64,000 bases of DNA from Tubulanus polymorphus (taxonomy: Eukaryota > Animalia > Nemertea). Location of the stretch: positions 10,448,451 to 10,512,450 of the forward strand of contig NC_134035.1 in NCBI RefSeq assembly GCF_964204645.1. The letters run 5' to 3'. Below the pieces are notes generated by a model. That model had not been told where the DNA came from. It did not search any database and saw nothing but the letters and a program-made list of their open reading frames with translations. Both the position numbers and the translations under genes were made by a program. Below, one piece after another: positions 23,486-34,504 of the stretch (positions are counted from its first letter, which is position 1; every line of letters starts with the position of its first letter).

Positions 23486-26400
23486 TCACAGCAAATGATG
23501 ATATACGGGATTCACATCCAGCTTACATTCAGGACACGGAAATTCTCGGGTTAGAAACGGCTCATACCTACAAAAAATTTACAGCAATATAAGATTAATT
23601 AATTACTTATTCATTTAACTTGCATTATACATGGATTTTGATAGCGGAAAAAAATGAAACAGTTAAATGAAGGTAGCAGTGAGAGCCTTAGCAGCTTAAC
23701 AGGTCACTGCACCTCAGTGCAAAAATGTACTACGTGCAGAGAAATGTAATAATGGTAATAATAATAATAACAATAATACTAAATCAATTAACACAGGATC
23801 GAGTTGAGGTCTTGAGTTAGAATTAGCTCATTTTCAATGAGTTAACTCTTTGAGTCATATCTAAACTCAGATCTGTGGAACTTGGTCCTGGTTACCGGTT
23901 CGTGATACAGTGGAACCTCGTTACAACGAACTTCAGGGCACCAGAAAATCTGTTTATAACATTAAAAGTTTGTTATATCCAGTATGAAATCATTAAGATT
24001 GTCTGATTTGGGATGAAATTCTAGTTTTGCAACCGTTAAACAGTTATTTCTGAGGACGTTTTCATGAGCTTCTACTGTTTTCATTTATGCAAAATATTGC
24101 CACTGATTACTAATTGACGCAACTGATACCTAATTGACGCATATTCGGTAGTTAAAACTCACCAGAAATTTACGGCTAAATTACGCGGTTCCGTTTTCGC
24201 CGGGTACGATTGAACCTCGTGCCACCAGAACGCAGGCATAAATAAAACATCGCCCTCGTCGATAGTACAGTTTAACGGTACCGCGTTCATGAACAATGGG
24301 AATTTCTGGAATGGAAAATGCGCAAAATTTCATACCTCGAACAAGGGGCGAGACAGCGCGAAGGAGGTTTGGGTCCAGTTTCACAAAAAAGTTTAACTCA
24401 AATTTTTAGTTTGATTGCCAATGGTTGCTTCATGTTTTCAATGAGGACCACGATTCAAACTTGACCGTTTTAGGCTTAAACTTTTTCGTGAAACTGTTCC
24501 CTGGTGAGAGCTTTAGAGCCTTAAACTGTATTTTCAATGTTTGACACGAAAGGCCTAGAGTTTTACCTTAAAATCGGGCTTATTTATATCAACAGGGGAC
24601 ATTACGAGGGAAGTGGAGTCACTGAGTCCTCTTCTAATGAATGTTTGACTAGTCGCGTTGTATTTCAGCATCGCTTCTTGTATGTGAGCTTCGTAAAGTT
24701 CACGATTTTCATGCGGTTCGAAAAGAATCGACTCCTTGCGTCCACTTATCTGAAATGAAACGAAATATCTCAACATTAGCCGTTGTTTCAGAGCCGGGCT
24801 GGTATGAATTCTGCGTGAAAATCTCGGGCAGATCTAGGGTGTGGTTTCCTAATTGCCTCATTGACATTGCCATTTGCTGCCAAAACCTATAGGTTTTCCT
24901 AAAAGGATAGATCCTTTTAGGAAATCCGTTTACGTCTATCCTAGATCCAGACCCCGAATCTGCCGTAGATTTCTCGTCACAAATTCCTGGAAGGAAAATA
25001 TTTTCATTTGCTTCACAACAGGGCGGCCACTGACCATTCTGTGACATGCACGTTGTTTTCTCTGACTTGATCTGCTAAGAATCCAATCAATTAACACAGT
25101 CAGAAACTGTTTGATTCTAAGCACGATCTAACTATCTCAACTGATTTCCCTGATTTCAAGACTTATTACAAAATTCGTTGATTATTCCCTGACTTTTTTT
25201 GAAGAAATGAAAATTCCCCAACTTTTCCCTGATTCTGGGTAAGTGGCCGCCCCTGAGTTCAATATAGGGAGGGATACCTGACAAAGGAAATTGTCGAACG
25301 GGTCGAAATGCAATTTTCCGAGCGTTTTACCGTTACTCAACCAGATATTCGTGTGTTTCAGCTTCATTCCGACGCCTTCGACGAACGGCATCTCGGATAT
25401 ATCGTCGCGCAACTCCGAGAAATAATCCGCCAACGACGTATACTCCAAATACGCCGAAACATTCACGTTCAAACGACTCGAATCGGAAATAATCGTCAAA
25501 AATTCCGATACGTTCATATCGACCGAAGCCGGACGCACGACGACCGTATCCGGATACTTCAACTTCGATCGAACGACACTCGGCACTTCGAACGTTTCGA
25601 AATCGTCCCAAACGGTCGCGTTTTCGACGCCCTCGAACTCGCCGAGCGGCGCCATCTTGACGTGAATGTTTTTCGCGCCGTATCGCCGAAGGAAAAAGTC
25701 CGTCGTCCATTTTTCGTGAGCCGGCCATCGCGAGGTCGCGCGTCGCACGACGAACGGTTTCGATTTTGAGAGATAATCGAGAAAAAAACTGTCGCCGTTT
25801 ATCTCGTCGACGTCGATCTCTTCGCATTTTTTCATTTCTCGATATTTCGATCGTTGATTTCGCGCCGCGGATATTTTCGCGCAGTTTCCGTCTTTCTCGC
25901 CGATTTTATCCGCATTTCCTTCGCAAGAATTCGGCAACGGCGATTTCAAACTGTAGAGATTCGCGAGGATATCCAGTCGGTGATGACCGGCGACTTTCAG
26001 GCGACCATTCGCGTCGCGGAAAGTGCCGCAATTCGAATTGACGAAATTCAACAAACTCGTCAAATCGTCGCCGCCCGAATACGCGATCGGTTGAGTTTCA
26101 CCGGACCGCGGCGTCGGCAGCAAACACATGCGGTCCGGAACGAGTTTCGGAAATAAGACGATTTCGTTCCGTTTTTCGGCATCTGCGATATTCTTATAAA
26201 CGATTCCCAATTTGCTGCTCGGCCAAACGAACGTTTCCAGGTCGTTGACACTACCGAAAAAGACCGGATTTTCGTTCTCGATCAGTTTGGTTGAAAACAA
26301 TTTTTGCACATTCGTAAATAACGTTTTCATTTGATTATTTCTGGCCGCATTTTTCACGTAAACGACCAAACAAGAATGTTTGATGATGTTCTGCACTGCT

Positions 26401-26522
26401 AATGGGTCGATGTTTGAAACCTGAGCACGACTACTGCTGAAACCAGTTGTTGTTATCGTGAATCCTACTCCCAAAGTTAGCCAGAAAATTGAAGAAAGAA
26501 ATCCACCTCGATCATACGACAT
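23486..26522 (-). CDS. JmjC / cupin-8 family 2-oxoglutarate-Fe(II) oxygenase with N-terminal signal or membrane anchor (~550 aa)
   Basis: Exons 26522-25278, 24749-24567, 24305-24163 and 23567-23486 (TGA), all phase-consistent GT-AG. Motifs: SKPFVVRRATSRWPAHEKWT, NIWLSNGKTLGKLHFDPFDNFLCQISGRK (HxD), SPVDINKPD, GDVLFMPAFWWHEVQS (distal His), AVNFWY. Hydrophobic N-terminus FLSSIFWLTLGVGFTIT. Confidence 0.9.
23795..23891. mobile_element. ~100-110-bp palindromic MITE family
   Basis: Copies with ends CAGGATCCAGTTCCACAGTT ... AACTGTGGAACTGGATCC(T)G and a GAGTTAACTC core at 23795-23891, 37008-37120 and 49784-49897, with a weaker copy at ~62255-62355. Confidence 0.6.
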
Positions 26523-27253
26523 CTTATTCTATCTGTTGAACGCTGCAAGAAACGTTAGCCCGAAAATCTGAAGCGTCAATTCACCAACTGTTCTATTCAG
26601 CTGTCAGGTGGTTCAGATTTTTAATGATAGATGGCAGTAGATGAACTATCCTTTGGTAGGAAAATGCGGACGATGGACTTACAGGCGGACCCTGGATAAC
26701 GTTACTTGAAGGACCGCCTTCTTTTGTTTTGATTTCCTAACGTTGAACTCAATTTCGCAAAATTTGTTCCGTCTTTACCACGATATTTTTACACTAAAAT
26801 AGCTCATTTTCTCAAATTTAACATTTCATAAAAAGTATTTTCGATCAACAACTCGCATATATATGTACATGTGCCCCAGCGTAACAGTAAGTTTTTTTGA
26901 AATATAAAGACGATTGATTGTCGTTTCGCGTATGCAGCCCGACCAGGGCGGCCCGGCGGTACGGTACTGTCTATTTCAACTTTTGACTGGGAGATCTTCA
27001 GGCCGGGTAGATACCCGATAGAATCCAGAAAGACTGGCAGTTAAACTAGCTTCTGCAGATAGCTGCCCTGAGAAGCGAATTTAGCGTCTGCAACCTGCCC
27101 TGAGGCGAATTTAATCTTCTACAGTTATCGACCTACAATTATTAAAATGCCAAGAACATAAAAACACTAAAACTGTAGACATTGCTTAATTTAAGCTTTC
27201 CAAAAAAAAGATATGTTTATGAGGTATGCGTTTAAAGTATCGACGGATCCCGA

Positions 27254-27465
27254 TGTGATGGAGTGACTATCACCACAGAGAGTTGACCAGATCCGAAGGA
27301 GTAAAGTCGAAGAGCGTGTTGTATTTTGTGAATCTAAACAGCATCTAACTTTATTACTACAGTATAGGGTTACAGTATAGTACACATGGCGCGAAACAGC
27401 AACCAATCATATAAGAGAGACATCAACGAATCATATAAGAGAACCAACACATGTCGTTCTCGACA
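27254..27465 (-). repeat. 3' LTR of the BEL/Pao element
   Basis: Direct repeat identical to 33441-33652. Confidence 0.95.
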
Positions 27466-28079
27466 CTCCGGGGGCGGCGGTAAGCGCCGAATTTGAAAGT
27501 TTACTCTAAGATAACATGTATCGCATTAAATTGAAAGATATTAATAATCACTATACTAAGTAATAGTTTCACGTATGAAATTGAATCGCCATAAGGGCTA
27601 GAAATAGGGACATTGCGTTGTGTTGAATAAATGAGTACATAAAGAATATTATATCTATAGAAAGCAAGTTAACATCGTATCGAATAACATTTAAATTCAT
27701 TAATCCGCTTTATAGTAATAATAAGTAATTCCCAACACCAAGAGTGATTAAACGATATTTCAAGTCCTTTCCGGTAAAGAAAAGTTTCGAAGCGAACGCG
27801 TTATTTGTTTAAGATCGGAAACGATTAAAGTTCAGAAAACGCGTAAAAACGATAACGTGTTTGACCATGGACTCTAAAACGAATCGTTTTAGAGTAAAAA
27901 CGATAACGTGTTTGACCATGGACTCTAAAACGAATCGTTTTAGAGTCCATGGTTTGACCTCGCGGCCGACGAAGAATTTAACGTAAACACGCATGCAGAA
28001 TCACGTGATGTAAACACAGTCGAGTAAAAAGGCAATGATAGCCTACGCATCGGTTTCATACATATAATCCAGACACAGT

Positions 28080-31000
28080 TCAGTCTTTCAATAATTTCGT
28101 CCAATTTCTAATCTTTCGCTGAGCGTTGGCTGCGGCCAGCCTGGTCGCACGCGTTTTCGGTTGATTTGTATCGGTATTCGTACCGGTATCCGATGAATCA
28201 TCGACAGATTTCGCGTTAATTTCCAGCGGATATAATTTCGATACGGGTCGGTTCGTACGGCCGGTACTTGTTCGAATATCCGCTGATCGCACAAGTCCAT
28301 CGGCGCTAACGTTTAATTTCTCGACGAGTGCCATACGCCAGTGTATTCGCTTCTTGTTGTCCTCGTGCACTAAAACAATGTCGCCAGTTTTTATTTTGTT
28401 TTCGAGTTTCCCGTTGAGTTTCGCACGTTCTCTGAGCGCTATCAAGTATTCACGGCTCCAACGTCGTTTGAATGAACTCAAAAGTTCTTGCAACGTTTGA
28501 TTACGGCGTTGAATATCGGTATACGAAACGTTAAAGTCCTGATCATTTAGATCAATGTCCTCATACGGCAACAGAGTTAATTGGCGACCGCATAACAGTT
28601 GTGACGGAGATAACGGAAGAGGCTCGTCTTCCGTACTATACACATACGTGAGAGGTCGATCGTTGATCGTAGCCTCAATTTCACACAAGAGAGTTCGTAA
28701 TTCATCGTCCGTGACGATGCTTCTACCGAGAATCTTTATGAGGCATTCTTTCGTTACATCTATCATCCTTTCCCAGAATCCCCCGAACCAAGGGGCTCGT
28801 TTGGGAATGAATGTCCATCTGATTCGATTGTTCGCCATATATCTCGCGACGATCGGCGAATTGACGATTTCTTCTATCTCTACGCAAGATTTTAGAAAGT
28901 ATGACCCGTTGTCACTGATCAGTTCATGCGGTAACGATCTACGCGAAACGAATCTCCGGAATGCTCGAATAAACGCGGCAGGTGTCATATTAATGACTGA
29001 TTCGAGATGGACTGCTCGCGTGGTGGCGCATGTAAACAGACAGATGTAACGTTTATGGCGCTTGTCAGACGTGCCTCTGACCCAAATTTCGCCGGAATAA
29101 TCTACTCCGGTAACAGTAAAGGGCGGAGCATCCGTAACGCGCGAAACTGGAAGTGGTGGTGGTATAGGTCTACAGTAGGCGGAGCCTCGTACTATAGCGC
29201 ACGTAACACATTTCCTGAGAACTGATTTTACGACTTGTCTAATTTTCGGTATCCAGTATCTTTGCCTGATAGCAGTAACAGTCCCGCCGATTCTTAAATG
29301 TTTACACCTCCTGTGGTGAAACAACACGATCAAACGCGTAATATGGTGATCTGGTAAAAGAATGGGAAATTTGGCATCGTAGGGTAAAGACGAATTTTGC
29401 ACACGACTGCCGCATCGAATAAGTCCCCTGTCATCGATAAAGATTTTCAGTTGTTTGATTAGGTTACCGCGTTTGAGTTTCTGGTCTGTCAATTGATTCA
29501 ATTCAGATTTAAAGTATGTTTTCTGTAAGTCCATGACCCATTTGTTTTCTGCTGTTTTTATCTCATCGGCGGTGAGTTCCCCGCTAACCCGATCGGCTGG
29601 ATTCCTCAGATTATGTAAATATCTGAGGAAATAAGCGGTAACACGCACGAGTTCGGTCAACGATCCATATTTTTCCGGATCAATGATCTTTAAGATACCC
29701 GCTTTTTCTAACTTTTCGTGTTGTATCGACATGGTAGTCTCGTCGACAGATTCATCAGTTTTAATTTTGTTATCGGCTTGAAATCGCGAGACTGGCCAAT
29801 CGCCGACTTTCAACCAGTCGGGCCCGTGCCACCATAGTGTTGAATTGGCCAGTTGATGAGTGGTTATACCGCGTGTTAGTAGATCCGCTGGATTATCTTG
29901 AGTCGGTACGTAATTCAATTCCACATCGAGATTGTTTAGCTTCAAGGAGTTTATCTCGTGCACCCGATTTTGAACGAAACACGGAAGTCGATTTTCACTC
30001 CTAGTCCAACTTAGGACTATCTCGCTATCGGACCAGATAATCGCTTTGCTGAAATTGTAGCATGGATTAAGCGCATCGAATGAATATTTGATCAAACGGG
30101 CGCCGACGACGGCGGCCATTAGCTCGAGGCGCGGTAACGAGAGCTGTTTAACGGGTGCAACTCTGTTTTTCGCTATGACAAGCGCGGTGTTTTTCCCTTG
30201 ACGTAGATAAACGGTGGCTCCGTAGCCACGTGAACTCGCGTCCACAAAGCAATGTAACTCAGTATCGGTATCCTCCGACGGCGCAGAAAAATACTTTCGG
30301 TTAATCGTTATTTTTCTCGCATTTTGTGGATCGCGGTACAAAGTTTTCCAGTTAATGCTCACCTCGTCTGGTAATAATTCATCCCACGAGACATTCGCTT
30401 TCCATAATTCTTGGATGAATATTTTTGATTTGATGTGAACCGGCGATAACAGTCCTAACGGATCATAGAGACTCGCCACGCTCCTGACGATTTCGCGCTT
30501 CGTAATAATTTCTGGTTCGCTATGCTCGATCGCTTGCTTGTATTTAAGCCTGTCCTGATTGGCATCCCACAGGAGTTCTAGGTTGTTGACAACGTCATGT
30601 CCGTTCAATAAGTTGTCTTTACTCGCAATATGTCTGAGGTTTTCGTTGTTACTAGTCCACTCACATAGTTTAAATCCTGCGTCGGACATCATCCGATTCG
30701 CGTTATGGTAATAATCGATTGCTGTCGATTCGTCTTTCACCGACGTAACGACGTTGTCTACGTATATGCTCGATTTCATATCGTTAGCTACCGTGCTCTT
30801 ATCTTTGTCCAAATGTGATTTTATGACGGCATTGAGAATAAACGGCGAGCACGCTGCTCCGAATAATACAGATTTAAATTGATACGTAATGAATTTGCTT
30901 TCGGGGTCGTTTGGATCGCTTAGCCAGAAAAATTTCGTGAATTTCCGGTCTGGCTCGGCTAGGCCCACTTGAAGGAAGGCCTTTTCGATGTCGCTACTAA

Positions 31001-33419
31001 GTCCAACGTCGCATGTACGAAAGTTCATCAAGATCGAACCAAGATCGTTAAGCAGTAGCGGTCCTTTTTCCAGGCAGTCATTTAAACTCGGAGACTGACG
31101 CGTACGGAAGCTACAATCGTAGACGACGCGAATTGGTGTTGTAGCTGAGTCTTTCTTCATCGAGTGGTGCGGTATATAATGCCCTTCGGATTCGTTTTCC
31201 TCGTGGATCGACTCGATGAATCCACGCGCTATTTGATCTTCGATAATTCGATCATAGATTTTTCGGGTATCGTTATTTAGTTTCCTGACCATCGCTCGCG
31301 TTCGGTTGGCTGTGTTCAGTCTATTGGTCGGTAATGGAGGGTGTTCCGGCCTCCACGGTAGCTGCGCAACGTATTGGTTTCCCGCCTTTTCGATACAATC
31401 CGTCGCGTAATTTTCAAACGTAAGTTCTTCGTTTATCGGGTGTTTTATCCCGAGTGTTTCGACTCTCCAAAAGTTTTCGAGTTGGTCTCGTTCATGAGTA
31501 TCATCGGTGAGGATAAAGTTCGCGTAGTCACAACGGTCGTGACTCGAGTTTTTTAGCGGACCCGAAAGAAGATAACCGAGTTTTGACGCAACCGCTGTGG
31601 GGCCGTTGCCCCTGACGACTTTGTCCTCAACTAAGGACCAGTAGTAGTCGGATCCAATTAATAGAGCGATTTCGAACGATTCACGACCGCTTACAGGGTG
31701 CGCCAGTTTCAGACCCGATAGATAATGTAAATTACGTGTATCTTTGATGTGATTACTCATAGGTGTCGTAATGTTCGATTTTACGAGTGCGCTTATCGGC
31801 ACGTCTCCAGTTTCGGTTTTAATGGCTAACTTGACCCGGTCGTATTTCCTTTGTTTAGATTTAGTATCTCCAAAGATCGAAAGATTCAGTATTTCGCTCG
31901 ACTCCGGTTTCAAGTTTAATTTCACGGCTGTTTCCTCCGTGATCCATGTTCGGGTCGAGCCTTCATCAAACAATATGCTGACGGTCTCGGAGTTTTGCTG
32001 TTTTTCATCAGTAATTTCAGCAACAGCTGTCTTTAAGACGACTGGCGTGGATACGGTGATTGAGTCTTGTGAATTTAGCACGCTGATGTACATTTGCCTG
32101 TCATCGCATCGCGGGTTCTGATCGTTATGACCAGCTGATTGTGGTTTTTTGCCGCATAGAGATGTATGGTGTTTATCTGAACATACAGAACAGCTATAGC
32201 GTGACCTGCAATCTCTGGCTTTGTGATTTTTTCTCAAACAATTTCGGCAGAGATTTTCTCTTTTCACTATATCCATCCGTTTTTCCAGAGTGTCATAGAT
32301 AAGACAATCCCTTGATTTGTGGTCTTTCTTGCAGTAGTTACATTGAATCTTATAATTACGGTCTAGACGGCTTGTTTGATTTCGTTTTCTGTGATGAATT
32401 AATAACGACGTGTCTGTGGTTTCGTCTTCTGAATCGCTGATGAGCACACTTTGAATGGCTTGTCCTGCCAGACCCGCTTGAATCTCTTTCTGTAACGCTT
32501 TCTTCAATTCAGTTAAATTCCATGCTGAATCACCATGGTCGCGTGTGATCTGAGTTTTAATTCCCGATGGGAGTTTCTCGAATATGACTGGAATCAGGAG
32601 ATCCCCATAGCTTTCCTCGGTCTTACCGAGAGATTTTAGACCCCTGATATAGCCTTCCAGTTCATCGTAGAACTTTTTCATCTGTTGTACATTTTCGCGT
32701 GGTTTTGGCAATTCCCACAATGCCTTCATATAATCGTTGATCAATTTATGAGTTTGTCCGTACCTGTTTTTCAAGAGTTCAATGGCTTCGACGTAGTTGT
32801 TATTGGTCAGTGATAAGCCCTCGACGCATCGGGCCGCTTCTCCGCTGAGTTGCGCACGAAGATACTGGAATTTTTGGATGTCGTCTAATCCGGTATCGTT
32901 GTGGATAGCTGATTCGAATGCATCTATAAAGCCGATCCATTGTAGTAAATCCCCGCTGAATGTCGGTAAATGTAACTTAGGTAGATTGACTTGCCTTGAT
33001 TTGTTGTTAATCGGTTGATGGGTTGTCGTTGTCGTCGGTTTCGTGTCGTTATTGAACGTTTCAATAAAGAATCTATACTTTTGTATTTCGATAATCCGTT
33101 CGAATGCGAAATCATCTGCTTCTGCGATAGATGATTGTAGATTTTCATCAGGCGTCAACGAGAGAATTGTTTGATCTAGTTCTTGGATGAGGTTTAGCTT
33201 TGCGACCGCTGATGATATGATTGCTACCAGATCTTGAACTTCGGCTAGGCCTACTTCTGTTGATTCGGATTTTAGGCTCTGGTAGACCTCTTCTGCACGA
33301 TTGAGGTATTTAGATAACTGCCCTCGGTGGGCCAACCGAGATGCTGTAGGACGCTTCGTTTGGTCCATTTCGTTTTGACGCTCAGTTTTGTCATTCGCAT
33401 TTTTCGATGTCGTCGACAT
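28080..33419 (-). CDS. BEL/Pao gag-pol polyprotein (1779 aa from the first ATG after the PBS)
   Basis: DUF1759-like gag LPKLHLPTFSGDLLQW. Triple Cys-His knuckles CNYCKKDHKSRDC / CRNCLRKNHKARDC / CSVCSDKHHTSLC. Protease LFDEGS. RT DIEKAFLQV...FGAACSPF...YVDN. RNase H FVDAS/ELMA/WSDS. Integrase H..H..CVTC, GVDY, SDNG, WERM. C-terminal DUF5641-like region. The ORF-track start at 33593 lies inside the LTR. Confidence 0.95.
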   Translation of the reverse strand: MSTTSKNANDKTERQNEMDQTKRPTASRLAHRGQLSKYLNRAEEVYQSLKSESTEVGLAEVQDLVAIISSAVAKLNLIQELDQTILSLTPDENLQSSIAEADDFAFERIIEIQKYRFFIETFNNDTKPTTTTTHQPINNKSRQVNLPKLHLPTFSGDLLQWIGFIDAFESAIHNDTGLDDIQKFQYLRAQLSGEAARCVEGLSLTNNNYVEAIELLKNRYGQTHKLINDYMKALWELPKPRENVQQMKKFYDELEGYIRGLKSLGKTEESYGDLLIPVIFEKLPSGIKTQITRDHGDSAWNLTELKKALQKEIQAGLAGQAIQSVLISDSEDETTDTSLLIHHRKRNQTSRLDRNYKIQCNYCKKDHKSRDCLIYDTLEKRMDIVKRENLCRNCLRKNHKARDCRSRYSCSVCSDKHHTSLCGKKPQSAGHNDQNPRCDDRQMYISVLNSQDSITVSTPVVLKTAVAEITDEKQQNSETVSILFDEGSTRTWITEETAVKLNLKPESSEILNLSIFGDTKSKQRKYDRVKLAIKTETGDVPISALVKSNITTPMSNHIKDTRNLHYLSGLKLAHPVSGRESFEIALLIGSDYYWSLVEDKVVRGNGPTAVASKLGYLLSGPLKNSSHDRCDYANFILTDDTHERDQLENFWRVETLGIKHPINEELTFENYATDCIEKAGNQYVAQLPWRPEHPPLPTNRLNTANRTRAMVRKLNNDTRKIYDRIIEDQIARGFIESIHEENESEGHYIPHHSMKKDSATTPIRVVYDCSFRTRQSPSLNDCLEKGPLLLNDLGSILMNFRTCDVGLSSDIEKAFLQVGLAEPDRKFTKFFWLSDPNDPESKFITYQFKSVLFGAACSPFILNAVIKSHLDKDKSTVANDMKSSIYVDNVVTSVKDESTAIDYYHNANRMMSDAGFKLCEWTSNNENLRHIASKDNLLNGHDVVNNLELLWDANQDRLKYKQAIEHSEPEIITKREIVRSVASLYDPLGLLSPVHIKSKIFIQELWKANVSWDELLPDEVSINWKTLYRDPQNARKITINRKYFSAPSEDTDTELHCFVDASSRGYGATVYLRQGKNTALVIAKNRVAPVKQLSLPRLELMAAVVGARLIKYSFDALNPCYNFSKAIIWSDSEIVLSWTRSENRLPCFVQNRVHEINSLKLNNLDVELNYVPTQDNPADLLTRGITTHQLANSTLWWHGPDWLKVGDWPVSRFQADNKIKTDESVDETTMSIQHEKLEKAGILKIIDPEKYGSLTELVRVTAYFLRYLHNLRNPADRVSGELTADEIKTAENKWVMDLQKTYFKSELNQLTDQKLKRGNLIKQLKIFIDDRGLIRCGSRVQNSSLPYDAKFPILLPDHHITRLIVLFHHRRCKHLRIGGTVTAIRQRYWIPKIRQVVKSVLRKCVTCAIVRGSAYCRPIPPPLPVSRVTDAPPFTVTGVDYSGEIWVRGTSDKRHKRYICLFTCATTRAVHLESVINMTPAAFIRAFRRFVSRRSLPHELISDNGSYFLKSCVEIEEIVNSPIVARYMANNRIRWTFIPKRAPWFGGFWERMIDVTKECLIKILGRSIVTDDELRTLLCEIEATINDRPLTYVYSTEDEPLPLSPSQLLCGRQLTLLPYEDIDLNDQDFNVSYTDIQRRNQTLQELLSSFKRRWSREYLIALRERAKLNGKLENKIKTGDIVLVHEDNKKRIHWRMALVEKLNVSADGLVRSADIRTSTGRTNRPVSKLYPLEINAKSVDDSSDTGTNTDTNQPKTRATRLAAANAQRKIRNWTKLLKD

Positions 33420-33420
33420 A

Positions 33421-33438
33421 ATCCTGGTCACGGCACCA
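33421..33438 (-). promoter_or_regulatory. Primer binding site, tRNA-His type
   Basis: Minus strand TGGTGCCGTGACCAGGAT, 2 nt after the 5' LTR. It matches the typical tRNA-His PBS TGGTGCCGTGAC.... Confidence 0.8.
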
Positions 33439-33440
33439 AA

Positions 33441-33652
33441 TGTGATGGAGTGACTATCACCACAGAGAGTTGACCAGATCCGAAGGAGTAAAGTCGAAGA
33501 GCGTGTTGTATTTTGTGAATCTAAACAGCATCTAACTTTATTACTACAGTATAGGGTTACAGTATAGTACACATGGCGCGAAACAGCAACCAATCATATA
33601 AGAGAGACATCAACGAATCATATAAGAGAACCAACACATGTCGTTCTCGACA
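33441..33652 (-). repeat. 5' LTR of the BEL/Pao element
   Basis: Direct repeat identical to 27254-27465, followed by the PBS. Confidence 0.95.
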
Positions 33653-34504
33653 CCCGAAAGAGTAAAACATTCCATCTCAGCGGGGCGTTATACTTCATTA
33701 AGAAAGTAGGCCAGCCTCTTCATTGGTCTACCAACTGCGTTCATCATTTGAGGAAATTTACGTTCATTTTATATAATTAAGTTGGTTGATGTTTTTTGTA
33801 TTTTACGTAGTATAACCGACGGTAAATAGTAAACAAACTTCGTTGCAACCAAGGGTCTGAAAACGACCAGTTTATTTTCATGGCGGCATCATCGCAGCAT
33901 AGGAGCAGTGGGGATTCAAATTGTTTGCTATTAGTTTTCGATCAAGTTTAATATTCCATAATGCTGGGTGTATAAAGGTGACGTCGCGTCAGTGTTTTAT
34001 CATGCGGTAACTTCAACAATTCGAAATTTTCAGAGATATTCCTATAGATCAATATTCTATGGTACCCGTGTACCTGGTCTTTATGCTGGATGTATTACAG
34101 AGGTGACGTCACGATCGCCTAGCGTGTGTAACAGCGGAACGGTGTACAAACTTCATTGTAAACCCTTTCAACGACTAGAGACAACAACGCGGCTGCCTAT
34201 TGGTCAGTATTGAAATACGCCACCGGTCGACGGTGAGTAGAATCACTAGGCCAGTCATTCATCTCTTGATCTTCACACTGTGCTGACAGGATTTCGAATA
34301 TGGCGTTCATCCCGGCGATCATCCTGGCGATTACGCTGCGCTCTTTCCATATAAAGAACGACGCCTTTATGTTTTTTATGTGTTACTGTCCGTCCGTGTG
34401 CTGTCGTGTGCGGTTCCGTGTTTATTAATCCTTCGTTTTTCCAGCGTCTAACCCGTTATATTTTTCAGGGCCGATTTATCTATCGATTTTCAACGTTCTA
34501 TGGA

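Larger units (their letters stand above)
27254..33652 (-). mobile_element. Full-length BEL/Pao LTR retrotransposon, recently inserted
   Basis: 212-bp LTRs at 27254-27465 and 33441-33652 (TG...CA, identical by eye). 5-bp TSD CCCGA at 27249-27253 and 33653-33657. PBS follows the 5' LTR. One uninterrupted gag-pol ORF. Confidence 0.97.

Noticed and set aside
25308-26251. Overlapping and antisense ORFs across JmjC exon 1
   Set aside because: Shadow frames of a CpG-rich coding exon, with no recognisable motifs.
33420-33593. N-terminal 58 aa of the 1837-aa ORF and the matching 71-aa ORF at 27191-27406
   Set aside because: Non-ATG start inside the LTR. The real start is more plausibly the ATG at 33419.
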